Positions 55,738-64,000 of a stretch of 64,000 nt of DNA are shown here, in pieces. Made by a program: the position numbers and the translations under genes. The DNA lies in the sequence record SRR20825015_191. One strand, written 5' to 3'. Numbering within the stretch: position 1 is the first letter of the stretch; every line of letters starts with the position of its first letter. The notes below the pieces were generated by a model. It was not told the DNA's origin and searched no databases. It worked only from the letters and a program-made list of their open reading frames with translations.

Positions 55738-57659
55738 AGCGCTTGTTCGAGTTCCGCGTCACTCAAACGATAAATGAAGAAGGTGGGCTCGACCCATTCA
55801 TCCGGTGCGCGACGTTCCAAATAATGGCAGAGGCGACCGAAGCGGAGTTGGGCGAAGGTCTGCAGCTGTTCCGGTGAGGCCGAGGTCGTGGCGATGATCT
55901 TGGCGAACTGATGATAGGCATTTTCATATTCCGCCGACCAAGGTCCGCGGACTTGGGTGTAAACACGATGCAGCATCGTCGCGCTGAAACAGTAGATACC
56001 CGCCTTGAGCTCTGGTAAAATTTGGCGATTGGAAAAATCGAAATAGAGATCACCGATGCGGGTCGCATTGAGTGGAAAACGTTGCGGATCGTCGGAACCG
56101 AAGGACGAGAGGTAGAGCGGTTCGCCGTGATGATTCTGCTGCAACCAGGCATGTAACTCGGGAAGACCCTGTCCCCAGTCGAGTGAGCTATCGACGAAGT
56201 AGCGATGTCCGCCCGAAGCTCCGCCGGCGAACTGATTAAAATAGGTCAGATAATGTGGGCGGGCCCGCACGGATTCGCCCGTGTGCCAGAGTAGCAAAAT
56301 AGCGATGAAGATGATCCCGAGTGGCCGGTAGCTGAAACGGCCCATCATCCCCACACAGATAAACAGCGCCGGATAGATCGGGAGAAGGTGGCGGTGTCCG
56401 ATATTCAGGTGACTCGTGATGGCGAAGAGCCCATAGCACCCAATGAAGATCAGCAGAGGGGCCTGCCGATAGAGAAGCCGGGCCCTGATCTTGGAATCGG
56501 TGCGGACCAGACCAATCAGAGCGAAGCCCATCAGGAGCAGAGCCGGTATGGTCGTCTTAAGGGAGAAGGCGACCGGAAAAAAATCCCACCAGCCGGTCTC
56601 GCGGTATTCACCCGCGAAATAAGCGAGACGACCTCTTGAATGCAGATCGGTGAACGCGAGCCCATAGAGATAAGCCTCGGGCAGCAGTTGGTAATCCCGA
56701 GCCAATTTGACGAAAGATTGCACGACACCGGGCTCGAGGTGAACGGGGTCCGCCCGTGGTTTTCCGTCGGCCATCAGAGAGCCGGCAATCTTCGGTTTCT
56801 CGATCAACACTTCCGACCACGGTTTGGCGAAATGCGGTTCAGCTTGATCGCTCGTGTTGTAGCGAAATCCATAAGCGCTCCAGATGATTACCACCGCGAT
56901 CACCACTGAGATGATGCTTGATCCTCCCAAGGCAATGGGGATTCCCAGTCCGGTTACCCGACCACGGTATTTCCCGATTTTCCAGATGAGGGGAGTGCGT
57001 TTGAGCGCGCGTGTGAGTAAAATCAGCACGGCGATGGGCGCGAAGAGGGCGGCGGAATATTTGGCCAGCGCGAGAAACCCTGCCGCAGCCCCCAAGGCGA
57101 TGATTCTAACCGGGGTGATCCGGTGACAGAGTTTCCACCAGGCGCCGACGGCGAGTAGGAATCCCAAGGCTGCGGCGATATCTGACGTGATCAGCGCGGA
57201 GTGGGCGAGGAGGTGAGGGCAAAAAACCAGCAGCACCAAGGTGATCGAACCGCCGAGCAGTCCGAATAGTTGGCGCGACCAAGTGGCAGCCAAGGCAACG
57301 AGGGCGATCCCGAACAGGACGATCATGGCGCGTCCTTTGAAGAGCAGCGCGTCGGTGTGATTGCCGATTCCGAAAAAGAATTCCCGGCCGAGGAACCAGA
57401 CATCGTAGGGTTCGCCGGACGCCGATTCGGTTTTGGGAAAAGGTGTTTTACTGAGCACCAGGGGCAGGGCGGCCCAGCGTTGGGGGAAATTTCCGTTTTC
57501 CGGTTGGAGGCGATAATCACCGGTCGACCAATACGAATAACCCGCCGTGAGATGCGCGGTTTCATCGGCCGTGACGCCCACTCGCGATGAGTCTCCCAGC
57601 GCCATCCAGCCAAAGAGGAGCAGTAAAACGAGTGTAACGATGCGGGGCAGAGTTAACAT
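55713..57659 (-). CDS. GT39/ArnT-like lipid-carrier-dependent glycosyltransferase
   Basis: TADETAHLTAGYSY, PHLLAHSALITSD, LAKYS, NIGHRHLLP, YLTYFN, DSSLDWGQ; ATG 57659. Confidence 0.85.
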   Translation of the reverse strand: MLTLPRIVTLVLLLLFGWMALGDSSRVGVTADETAHLTAGYSYWSTGDYRLQPENGNFPQRWAALPLVLSKTPFPKTESASGEPYDVWFLGREFFFGIGNHTDALLFKGRAMIVLFGIALVALAATWSRQLFGLLGGSITLVLLVFCPHLLAHSALITSDIAAALGFLLAVGAWWKLCHRITPVRIIALGAAAGFLALAKYSAALFAPIAVLILLTRALKRTPLIWKIGKYRGRVTGLGIPIALGGSSIISVVIAVVIIWSAYGFRYNTSDQAEPHFAKPWSEVLIEKPKIAGSLMADGKPRADPVHLEPGVVQSFVKLARDYQLLPEAYLYGLAFTDLHSRGRLAYFAGEYRETGWWDFFPVAFSLKTTIPALLLMGFALIGLVRTDSKIRARLLYRQAPLLIFIGCYGLFAITSHLNIGHRHLLPIYPALFICVGMMGRFSYRPLGIIFIAILLLWHTGESVRARPHYLTYFNQFAGGASGGHRYFVDSSLDWGQGLPELHAWLQQNHHGEPLYLSSFGSDDPQRFPLNATRIGDLYFDFSNRQILPELKAGIYCFSATMLHRVYTQVRGPWSAEYENAYHQFAKIIATTSASPEQLQTFAQLRFGRLCHYLERRAPDEWVEPTFFIYRLSDAELEQALYAPWESL

Positions 57660-57710
57660 TGGCGTGGACACAGCTTCGGGGCAGCGCAACTTTCGTCAAC
57701 ACGCAGTCGT

Positions 57711-58448
57711 ATGGATGCCGCCGAATACACGAATCTAAAACGAGTCGAAGGAACGCACTGGTATTACGCGGGTAAACGCGAGCTGGTGCGACGGTGGTTG
57801 CAAAAGGTGGGGGTGCTCAAAGCGGAGAATACCTTGCTCGATTGCGGTGCCGGCACGGGGCGATTTGCGGCTGAGATGGAGGCACATTGCAAAGTGTTGG
57901 TTCTCGACGATCACGAAGAATCACTGGAGTTGCTCCGCGAGCAGTTCACTCCTGAACAGGTGCTCGCCTTAGGTGAAGACGGAATTCCACTACCGGATGA
58001 ATCGGTGGAGGCGATCACCGCTTTGGATGTGCTTGAGCATGTCGAACACGATGGTCCGGCGGTGGAAGGTTTTCATCGTGCCCTCAAACCCGATGGAATT
58101 GCGCTGGTCACGGTTCCGGCCAGTATGGCGCTGTGGAGCGACTGGGATGTTTCCCTGCATCATTATCGTCGTTACTCGCGTAAGGGATTGAAGGAAATTT
58201 TCCCCGAATCGCAGTGGGAGATTCTCTACGTCAATTATACCAATATTCCGGCCTATCCGATTGCCTGGTTGCTGAGAAAACTGCGTAAACAAAAGCCGGC
58301 GGGTGATACTGAGAACCGGATGGAGGATCGGATTCCGGCCGCCTGGCTGAATGGGCTCTTGCGGCGGATCTTCGTGGGAATGGCCTTCTGGAGAATCCCC
58401 TTTCCGATTGGGTTGAGCCTGATTCTGGTGGCGCGGAAACGCGGCTAG
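57711..58448 (+). CDS. class I SAM-dependent methyltransferase
   Basis: E.THWYY, LLDCGAGTG, ALDVLEHVEHD, VTVPA..LWS..D...HHYRRY. Confidence 0.92.
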   Translation: MDAAEYTNLKRVEGTHWYYAGKRELVRRWLQKVGVLKAENTLLDCGAGTGRFAAEMEAHCKVLVLDDHEESLELLREQFTPEQVLALGEDGIPLPDESVEAITALDVLEHVEHDGPAVEGFHRALKPDGIALVTVPASMALWSDWDVSLHHYRRYSRKGLKEIFPESQWEILYVNYTNIPAYPIAWLLRKLRKQKPAGDTENRMEDRIPAAWLNGLLRRIFVGMAFWRIPFPIGLSLILVARKRG

Positions 58449-58459
58449 GATCTAGCGAT

Positions 58460-60703
58460 TCAGTTCGCGAACTGGAGTGAATCAAGCGTCTCACCCTGTT
58501 CATCCTTCAATTCGATTTTCAGGATGTCCAGTGGAGGGAGATCCTGTGTCTGAGCGAGCGGAATCTTGATCAAGGTGAGTCCCTGCAGTGACGTTGCCTT
58601 TGAGATAGTCACAGTCTCACCCCGTGGCGAGTTGTCCGGATTGATCGGCGTGATTGTCCAAGGGAATTCCGGCGTGGGGCTGGCGGATCCCACGCGATTA
58701 AACGGGTGGAAGAGGCCCCGCAATTCGAGGGTGGCGACCATGCCCTGCGCGTCGGTGACGAGCTGAAGGATCGAATCACCATCTTGTTCGTTGGTGAATA
58801 GCCCGGCGGTGGAGATCGGTGCGATGGCCCGCCCTTTTTTGGCCCAAAATTGAAACGTATCGATACTGAACACCGCGTGATAGTTCTCGACGATATAGCG
58901 CTGCAGTTCACTGCGGGGAGCGAAGCCATAGTGAACCAGATAGTTGATCAGATAACTTTGCACCACGATCACCGAGCGATCCTCAGCCCTGAGGTTTTCC
59001 AAAATGGCGTGTTGCTGAGAATCGCTCAGGAGTGAAAACCAATGGGTGACGTTATGCGCCGTGGGAGTGGGGCGTTCGGTCCAGATGTTCAGACTATAGA
59101 GACCCGGATAACTGAAAAGCATGTCGCCATGCATCCGAATGTTCTTGTTCAGAATCCGATAGACCGAGGTCGTATCATCGGTGAGGCGCATCGACCGGGC
59201 TCCATGGAGATTCAGAGGTTCGCCGATCTGGAATCGTTGATAACTGGGATAGCCCAAATCGGAGAGAATCGAGGCGATGGACACCAGGGCGGCGAGCACG
59301 CTGACCGTCTTGATGGCCCGTGCGTATTTAGCAAAGTGGTCACGACTGTAGAGGATCGCTTCATGGATTCCCGTCATCGCCAGCGGTATCCACAGAAAGG
59401 CACCCCAACCCATCTGGCTGCCCGCGACCGGATAGGCATGGAGGGTTTGCCAAACCAAGACCCAGGCCAGCCAGAGGCGCGCTGTCGTCAGAGGATACCT
59501 CGTGCGATTCCCAAGTGGGACGGCCATGAGCCAGGCGAAGGGTAATCCGAATTTGAAACTGAAAAAGGTCAGGCTGTTGTCGATACTGCTGAACGTCAGA
59601 ATCAGGAGACAAACCCCCACCACGATGCGGATGATCGCAATGGTAGGGTTAATCCAGACGTATTTTCGGGAATGCGTCATCAGGGCAATCACGAACATGA
59701 TCGCAATCACGATCGGCATGACCCCGGGCCACACCACCGCATGTGCATAAGCCACGGGTTGATTGAGGGGAGACACGACAATGCCGTGCCAAAGGGCGGC
59801 CAGATCGGTGCCGCGCATCCAGATGGATCCGAGGATGATCACGGCTAAACCTACCGTGCTGCTGATAAAGATGAGGACATCAGATCGCCGGATGTTCTGA
59901 CGGTGCTGTTCTTTAACAAGGAGGAGAAGCGCCAGGGCCGCACAGGTGAAACTCAGAGCGAATAGGGCGACCCAAGGTTCCGGCCACAGTTTATTCATCA
60001 GCCAGAAAGGCAGCAGAATACTGCCTCCCGCCGTGAACCACAATAAGGCGCGGGCTTTCGCGGTGTTCACCCAATGGATCGCACCCCAACTGGCGGCGGC
60101 GATCAGGAAGAAGGCGCCGACGTTTATTTTCGTGAGGACCATCGCGGCTCCGCACACGCCACAGATGATGGCGAAGGTGCGGTAGCGATTCTTTTCCAAG
60201 GCCACGGCTCCGCCGACCCCCGCCACGGCGGTGAGCATCGCCAGGAGGCCCCCCGGATGGATGGGTTCGTTGATCATCACCAGCAGCGCTCCAAAACTGA
60301 AGGCCGTCGCGGTGAGTGATGTCAGACTGTGGCGAGTTTGTCTCCAGACGAATACTCCGGCCAATCCGGCGCTGATCAACCAGTAGCCCAGGGTGAAGTA
60401 GCGTCCCGTTTCATTGTCGAAAGCGATGCCGAAGACCGAATGGATACAGTCATACAACGCATACAGAAATGGTCCGTATTGACTGTAAACCTCGGTGTAG
60501 AGTCCTCCGATTTGGAAGTAATTGTGAAGCGACCAGAGCACATAACCTTCGTCGTCGTAGGCCATGAACTGCGTAAAAAGAAGCCAGTAACCGCAGGCTC
60601 CCAAGGCGAGGAGCAGCGAAGCGAATAGGCAGACTTGCAACGGCCTTTTATTCAAAACCGATGCGAGTTTTGATGATGTAGTTGGGACGTCGTTTCGCTT
60701 CAT
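58460..60703 (-). CDS. GT-C-like polytopic membrane protein with soluble C-terminal domain
   Basis: AYDDEGY, LYTEVYSQYGP, TKINVG; many TM segments. Start uncertain: ATG 60703 or TTG 60655 coupled to the upstream stop. Confidence 0.65.
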   Translation of the reverse strand: MKRNDVPTTSSKLASVLNKRPLQVCLFASLLLALGACGYWLLFTQFMAYDDEGYVLWSLHNYFQIGGLYTEVYSQYGPFLYALYDCIHSVFGIAFDNETGRYFTLGYWLISAGLAGVFVWRQTRHSLTSLTATAFSFGALLVMINEPIHPGGLLAMLTAVAGVGGAVALEKNRYRTFAIICGVCGAAMVLTKINVGAFFLIAAASWGAIHWVNTAKARALLWFTAGGSILLPFWLMNKLWPEPWVALFALSFTCAALALLLLVKEQHRQNIRRSDVLIFISSTVGLAVIILGSIWMRGTDLAALWHGIVVSPLNQPVAYAHAVVWPGVMPIVIAIMFVIALMTHSRKYVWINPTIAIIRIVVGVCLLILTFSSIDNSLTFFSFKFGLPFAWLMAVPLGNRTRYPLTTARLWLAWVLVWQTLHAYPVAGSQMGWGAFLWIPLAMTGIHEAILYSRDHFAKYARAIKTVSVLAALVSIASILSDLGYPSYQRFQIGEPLNLHGARSMRLTDDTTSVYRILNKNIRMHGDMLFSYPGLYSLNIWTERPTPTAHNVTHWFSLLSDSQQHAILENLRAEDRSVIVVQSYLINYLVHYGFAPRSELQRYIVENYHAVFSIDTFQFWAKKGRAIAPISTAGLFTNEQDGDSILQLVTDAQGMVATLELRGLFHPFNRVGSASPTPEFPWTITPINPDNSPRGETVTISKATSLQGLTLIKIPLAQTQDLPPLDILKIELKDEQGETLDSLQFAN

Positions 60704-61589
60704 CGTAAACGCGTCCCAGATACTCACCCAGCACGCCGATGCCGATCAGTTGCATACCTCCGAGAAATAACACCAGCGTGGCCAGGGTGGTGAAACCCAC
60801 TTGGGCGATTTCAATCCCCATCAGGCGACGCACGATAAAAAACACGCCGACGGCGAATCCCATGCCCGCGATGAAGACTCCGCAGATCGTGAGTAATCGC
60901 AGGGGCAGCCGGGAAAAACTGAAGATGCCATCAAACGCATAGCGGCAGAGCCGACGAAGATTTTGGGCGGGTTCCCCGGCGGCGCGTTCCTGACGATCGT
61001 AAATGACATCGCGCCGGGTGAATCCGAGCCACGAGCGGAGACCGGGAAAGAACCGGTGAGATTCGGGCAAGCGTGCAAACGCGGCCACGGCGGCTTGGTT
61101 GAGGAGTCCGAACGTGCCGGTATTGCTTTCCATCGGGATATCCACAAGACGACCAAAGCAGCGATGGAAGAGGTTAAAACCCAGGCGACGCAATCCGGTT
61201 TCTTGTCGTGAACGACGCACCGCCAGGACAACTTCCGCGCCGTCCTGCCAGGTTTTGACGATTTCGGGAATGATTTCGGGAGGATCTTGTAAATCGGCGT
61301 CCATCGTGATGACTGCGTCGAATTCCGTGCTGTGATCGAGGCCGGCCATCAGAGCGGCTTGAAACCCAAAGTTGCGGGACAACGCGAGCATGCGAAAACG
61401 CTGATCCAGCGCGCATTGGTTTTTGAGCATCGTGGCGGTGTCATCGCGACTGCCGTCGTCGATCAGTATAGCCGTCCAGAGAACCTGAGTGTTTTGATCG
61501 AAGATCGACGTGAGCCTGCGAAACAACTCCGGCAGAACCGGGGTTTCATTGTAGGCGGGGATGACGAGGGCTACTTGGGGAAGGCTCAA
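60648..61589 (-). CDS. GT2 polyprenol-phosphate glycosyltransferase (GtrB/ArnC-like, two C-terminal TMs)
   Basis: VIPAYNE, DDGSRD, LSRNFG.QAA, MDADLQDPPE, GEYLGRVYDE.KRRP.YI. Confidence 0.95.
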   Translation of the reverse strand: MSLPQVALVIPAYNETPVLPELFRRLTSIFDQNTQVLWTAILIDDGSRDDTATMLKNQCALDQRFRMLALSRNFGFQAALMAGLDHSTEFDAVITMDADLQDPPEIIPEIVKTWQDGAEVVLAVRRSRQETGLRRLGFNLFHRCFGRLVDIPMESNTGTFGLLNQAAVAAFARLPESHRFFPGLRSWLGFTRRDVIYDRQERAAGEPAQNLRRLCRYAFDGIFSFSRLPLRLLTICGVFIAGMGFAVGVFFIVRRLMGIEIAQVGFTTLATLVLFLGGMQLIGIGVLGEYLGRVYDEAKRRPNYIIKTRIGFE

Positions 61590-61645
61590 GGTAGGTCAGA
61601 GTGAGTAAAAAGCAGTCTCACGAAAAGATTCTAATTCAACCAAGA

Positions 61646-63061
61646 TCACTGCTCGGTCCAATCGACGAACCACCAACCGGCTTCATCTCGAGTGATCGCA
61701 TTGGCCGGGGCGAGCTTGGCGGACAGGCCCCACTGCAGGTTTTTGTGGGGAAAAGCGATGAGCCTCAGATCGTCTGGTAAGTGGGCATTGGCCTGATTCA
61801 GGGTGACGGGATGACCGGTGATGAAGCGCACATAAATCCCGTCTTCCGAGTGGTAAAATTGATCTTCGGCGAAATAGGAAACCAAGGGATTCCAAGGCAG
61901 CCAGAGCTGATAGGGATGCTCCTGGTGGAGGGCGTTGGCGGTTTCCACATTGCGAAGATTCGGAATGATCGGCGCCTGATCGGCGTGGAGGATCCGTAGG
62001 GAAAAAATTCCCACGATAAAAGCACACGTCAAAGGACGGTAAAAATGGTTCAGTGGCCGAATGCCGTGATGCAATACGATCAGTAGCAGCGGAATGGCGA
62101 GCAAATGGAGGCCATGAAGATTGTTGAGACTTCCTCCGGTGGAGAGCAGGCCGATGATTCCAAGCGGAAAACTGAACAAGAACGCTAAGAACGGGAGCCG
62201 TAGCGGATGCGATGAGAGCAGGAGTCTTTTTCCGATCACGAGATAAGCCGCGAGTGGCAGCCCCCAGTGCACAAGGAGCTGTGGGGCGATATCAAGTAGC
62301 CGTAGAGTTGGGTCAGCCACCCAGGGGAGCTGACCCGCGATGGTGACCACCCCGAACCACAGCTCGGCGAAGCCAAATTGAAAAATGGCGAAACTCGCGA
62401 GAACAGCACCAATCAACACCGTGCGCACGAGAAACACTCCGGCGGTTCGTCGATCACATTCCATGGCGAGCCACAGAGTTTGGGCGCCGAGAATGCCGAG
62501 TGAGTTTTGCTTACATCCCAGCGCGATTGCTGTCGTGGCGGCGACAATCCAGAGGCGGCGGTTTCTGTTCTGCGTTGAGGAGGTGACGAGCAGGAGGTTG
62601 CCGAGCAGGGCGCAGGCGATCGCGAGGTTATCGGCTTGGAGGAAACGGAAGGTGTGGTCGGGCCAGATCGCGATGACTCCGGCGAAGGCGAGCCAACGAG
62701 TTGCTTTTGAGATGTTCGCGATCGGCCAATAGGCGCAGGTCAATGCGATGACCAAGATGGATATCCCGATGTTGACCGCATCGGCGATCAGCAGAGCGGA
62801 GATCGCGCTGTTGCCCCAGAGGGCCGGGCTCCAGAGCCACATCGGAAGGGGGCCATACATCCAGGTCGTGAGCACACCGGAACCCGGCAAGGTGTAAACA
62901 GGTTCCCCGACTGCGGCCATGAAGACGGGCAGCAATCGGATATCGTTCCAAGCGTAATTGGGAAAGCGGCAGAAGTTGATCCAGAGCCAACCCATGCTCA
63001 TGACCAGAGTGCATGCGATCCAGACTCGGGTCATGGGATGCGAGTCGGAGGGGGAAGTCAT
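61646..63061 (-). CDS. GT-C-like polytopic membrane protein
   Basis: WNDIRL, WMYGPLP, QADN, CKQN; ~11 TM segments; lies between two GT2 genes. Confidence 0.6.
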   Translation of the reverse strand: MTSPSDSHPMTRVWIACTLVMSMGWLWINFCRFPNYAWNDIRLLPVFMAAVGEPVYTLPGSGVLTTWMYGPLPMWLWSPALWGNSAISALLIADAVNIGISILVIALTCAYWPIANISKATRWLAFAGVIAIWPDHTFRFLQADNLAIACALLGNLLLVTSSTQNRNRRLWIVAATTAIALGCKQNSLGILGAQTLWLAMECDRRTAGVFLVRTVLIGAVLASFAIFQFGFAELWFGVVTIAGQLPWVADPTLRLLDIAPQLLVHWGLPLAAYLVIGKRLLLSSHPLRLPFLAFLFSFPLGIIGLLSTGGSLNNLHGLHLLAIPLLLIVLHHGIRPLNHFYRPLTCAFIVGIFSLRILHADQAPIIPNLRNVETANALHQEHPYQLWLPWNPLVSYFAEDQFYHSEDGIYVRFITGHPVTLNQANAHLPDDLRLIAFPHKNLQWGLSAKLAPANAITRDEAGWWFVDWTEQ

Positions 63062-63064
63062 CGA

Positions 63065-63754
63065 TTATCGAAACAAATTATATTTGATGATCGCGTAAAG
63101 GGCCCGGAACCCGTCGCGCCAGCCGATCTTTTTGCCTTCGTCGTAAGTGCGGCCGTAGTAACTGATGCCGACTTCGTAGATCGCCACGTTGAGGCGGGAA
63201 ATCTTGGCGGTGATCTCGGGTTCGAAACCGAAACGATTCTCTTCAATCGTAATCTTCTGCAGCACCTCACGACGGAACAGCTTATAGCAGGTCTCCATAT
63301 CCGTGAGATTTAAATTGGTGAACATGTTCGAACAGAGCGTAAGAAACTTGTTGCCGATCATGTGCCAGAAATAGACCACACGGTGCGCATCGCCCCCGGT
63401 GAAACGTGATCCAAAGACCACGTCGGCCTTTCCTTCGAGCAGAGGTTTCAGAAGCTTGGGGTATTCGTCGGGATCGTATTCGAGATCGGCATCCTGGATG
63501 ATGACCGCATCGCCCGTCGCGGCGTTGAATCCGGTGCGCAGGGCGGCCCCTTTGCCCTGATTGGTTTCGTGGTGGATAACCTTGTCCACGAGTGGGGCGA
63601 TTTCCGCATCGAGCACCTCGCGGGTGCCATCGGTTGAGCAATCGTTCACGATAATGATTTCCTTGTTCTCGACCGGAGCGGCGCGCACGCGTTCGACCAG
63701 CATCTTGATGGTTTTAGCTTCGTTATAACAAGGGATCACGATGGATAACTTCAT
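63065..63754 (-). CDS. GT2 DPM1-like polyprenol-phosphate glycosyltransferase
   Basis: [66 protein letters not shown]. Confidence 0.96.
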   Translation of the reverse strand: MKLSIVIPCYNEAKTIKMLVERVRAAPVENKEIIIVNDCSTDGTREVLDAEIAPLVDKVIHHETNQGKGAALRTGFNAATGDAVIIQDADLEYDPDEYPKLLKPLLEGKADVVFGSRFTGGDAHRVVYFWHMIGNKFLTLCSNMFTNLNLTDMETCYKLFRREVLQKITIEENRFGFEPEITAKISRLNVAIYEVGISYYGRTYDEGKKIGWRDGFRALYAIIKYNLFR

Positions 63755-63908
63755 ACGCGTAGGGGCACCGTAGTTTACGACGGGGCGAACGGAAGTCTTT
63801 TTCCTGACGACCTGACCATAGGGGCATCGTCCTGTTCTTCATAACGACGGCTGAAGGCAGACCAGTGTGTGATTGACGGCTAGGAAGCGGGGTGGGCATC
63901 GTGACGCC

Positions 63909-64000
63909 ATGAGTGAGCCCATGCCTCGTGAGAAAATGCAGATGCTGATTAAGCTGACCGTCCTTGGAGTCATCATCGTGATGGCCGCGATTTTCGCGCT
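63909..64000 (+). CDS. partial ORF, N-terminal hydrophobic segment (runs off the window)
   Basis: MSEPMPREKMQMLIKLTVLGVIIVMAAIFA..., open to the window end. Confidence 0.45.
   Translation, partial: MSEPMPREKMQMLIKLTVLGVIIVMAAIFA

Overview
Chromosomal window from a GC-rich bacterium, probably a Verrucomicrobiota (Opitutales-like) genome; this is inferred from gene content and protein style. It opens with dnaA and an AT-rich upstream intergenic region holding several degenerate DnaA boxes (candidate oriC), then the MEP-pathway cluster dxr-rseP-ispG. The middle ~40 kb is a patchwork of metabolic, transport and carbohydrate-active genes (mgtE, CNNM, acuI, GH1, GH78-like, sulfatase, fsr, parE/parC, nadD-rsfS) with REP-like palindromes in the intergenic spaces. 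Two things stand out. (1) A complete ribosome-mediated attenuator at 36126-36280 (minus strand; Val/Ile/Leu-rich 33-aa leader, antiterminator, terminator) whose only downstream gene is an unannotated 64-aa ORF rather than an ilv gene. (2) A ~13.4 kb locus (50361-63754) where a short, Cys-free type IV pilin is followed by six GT-C-like polytopic membrane proteins (two are tandem paralogs), two polyprenol-phosphate GT2 enzymes and a methyltransferase, which looks like a multi-transferase pilin/surface glycosylation system. Many genes also show a promoter-to-start geometry typical of leaderless mRNAs. I found no rRNA, tRNA, CRISPR array or transposase. All functional calls come from reading motifs by eye; no database searches were run.
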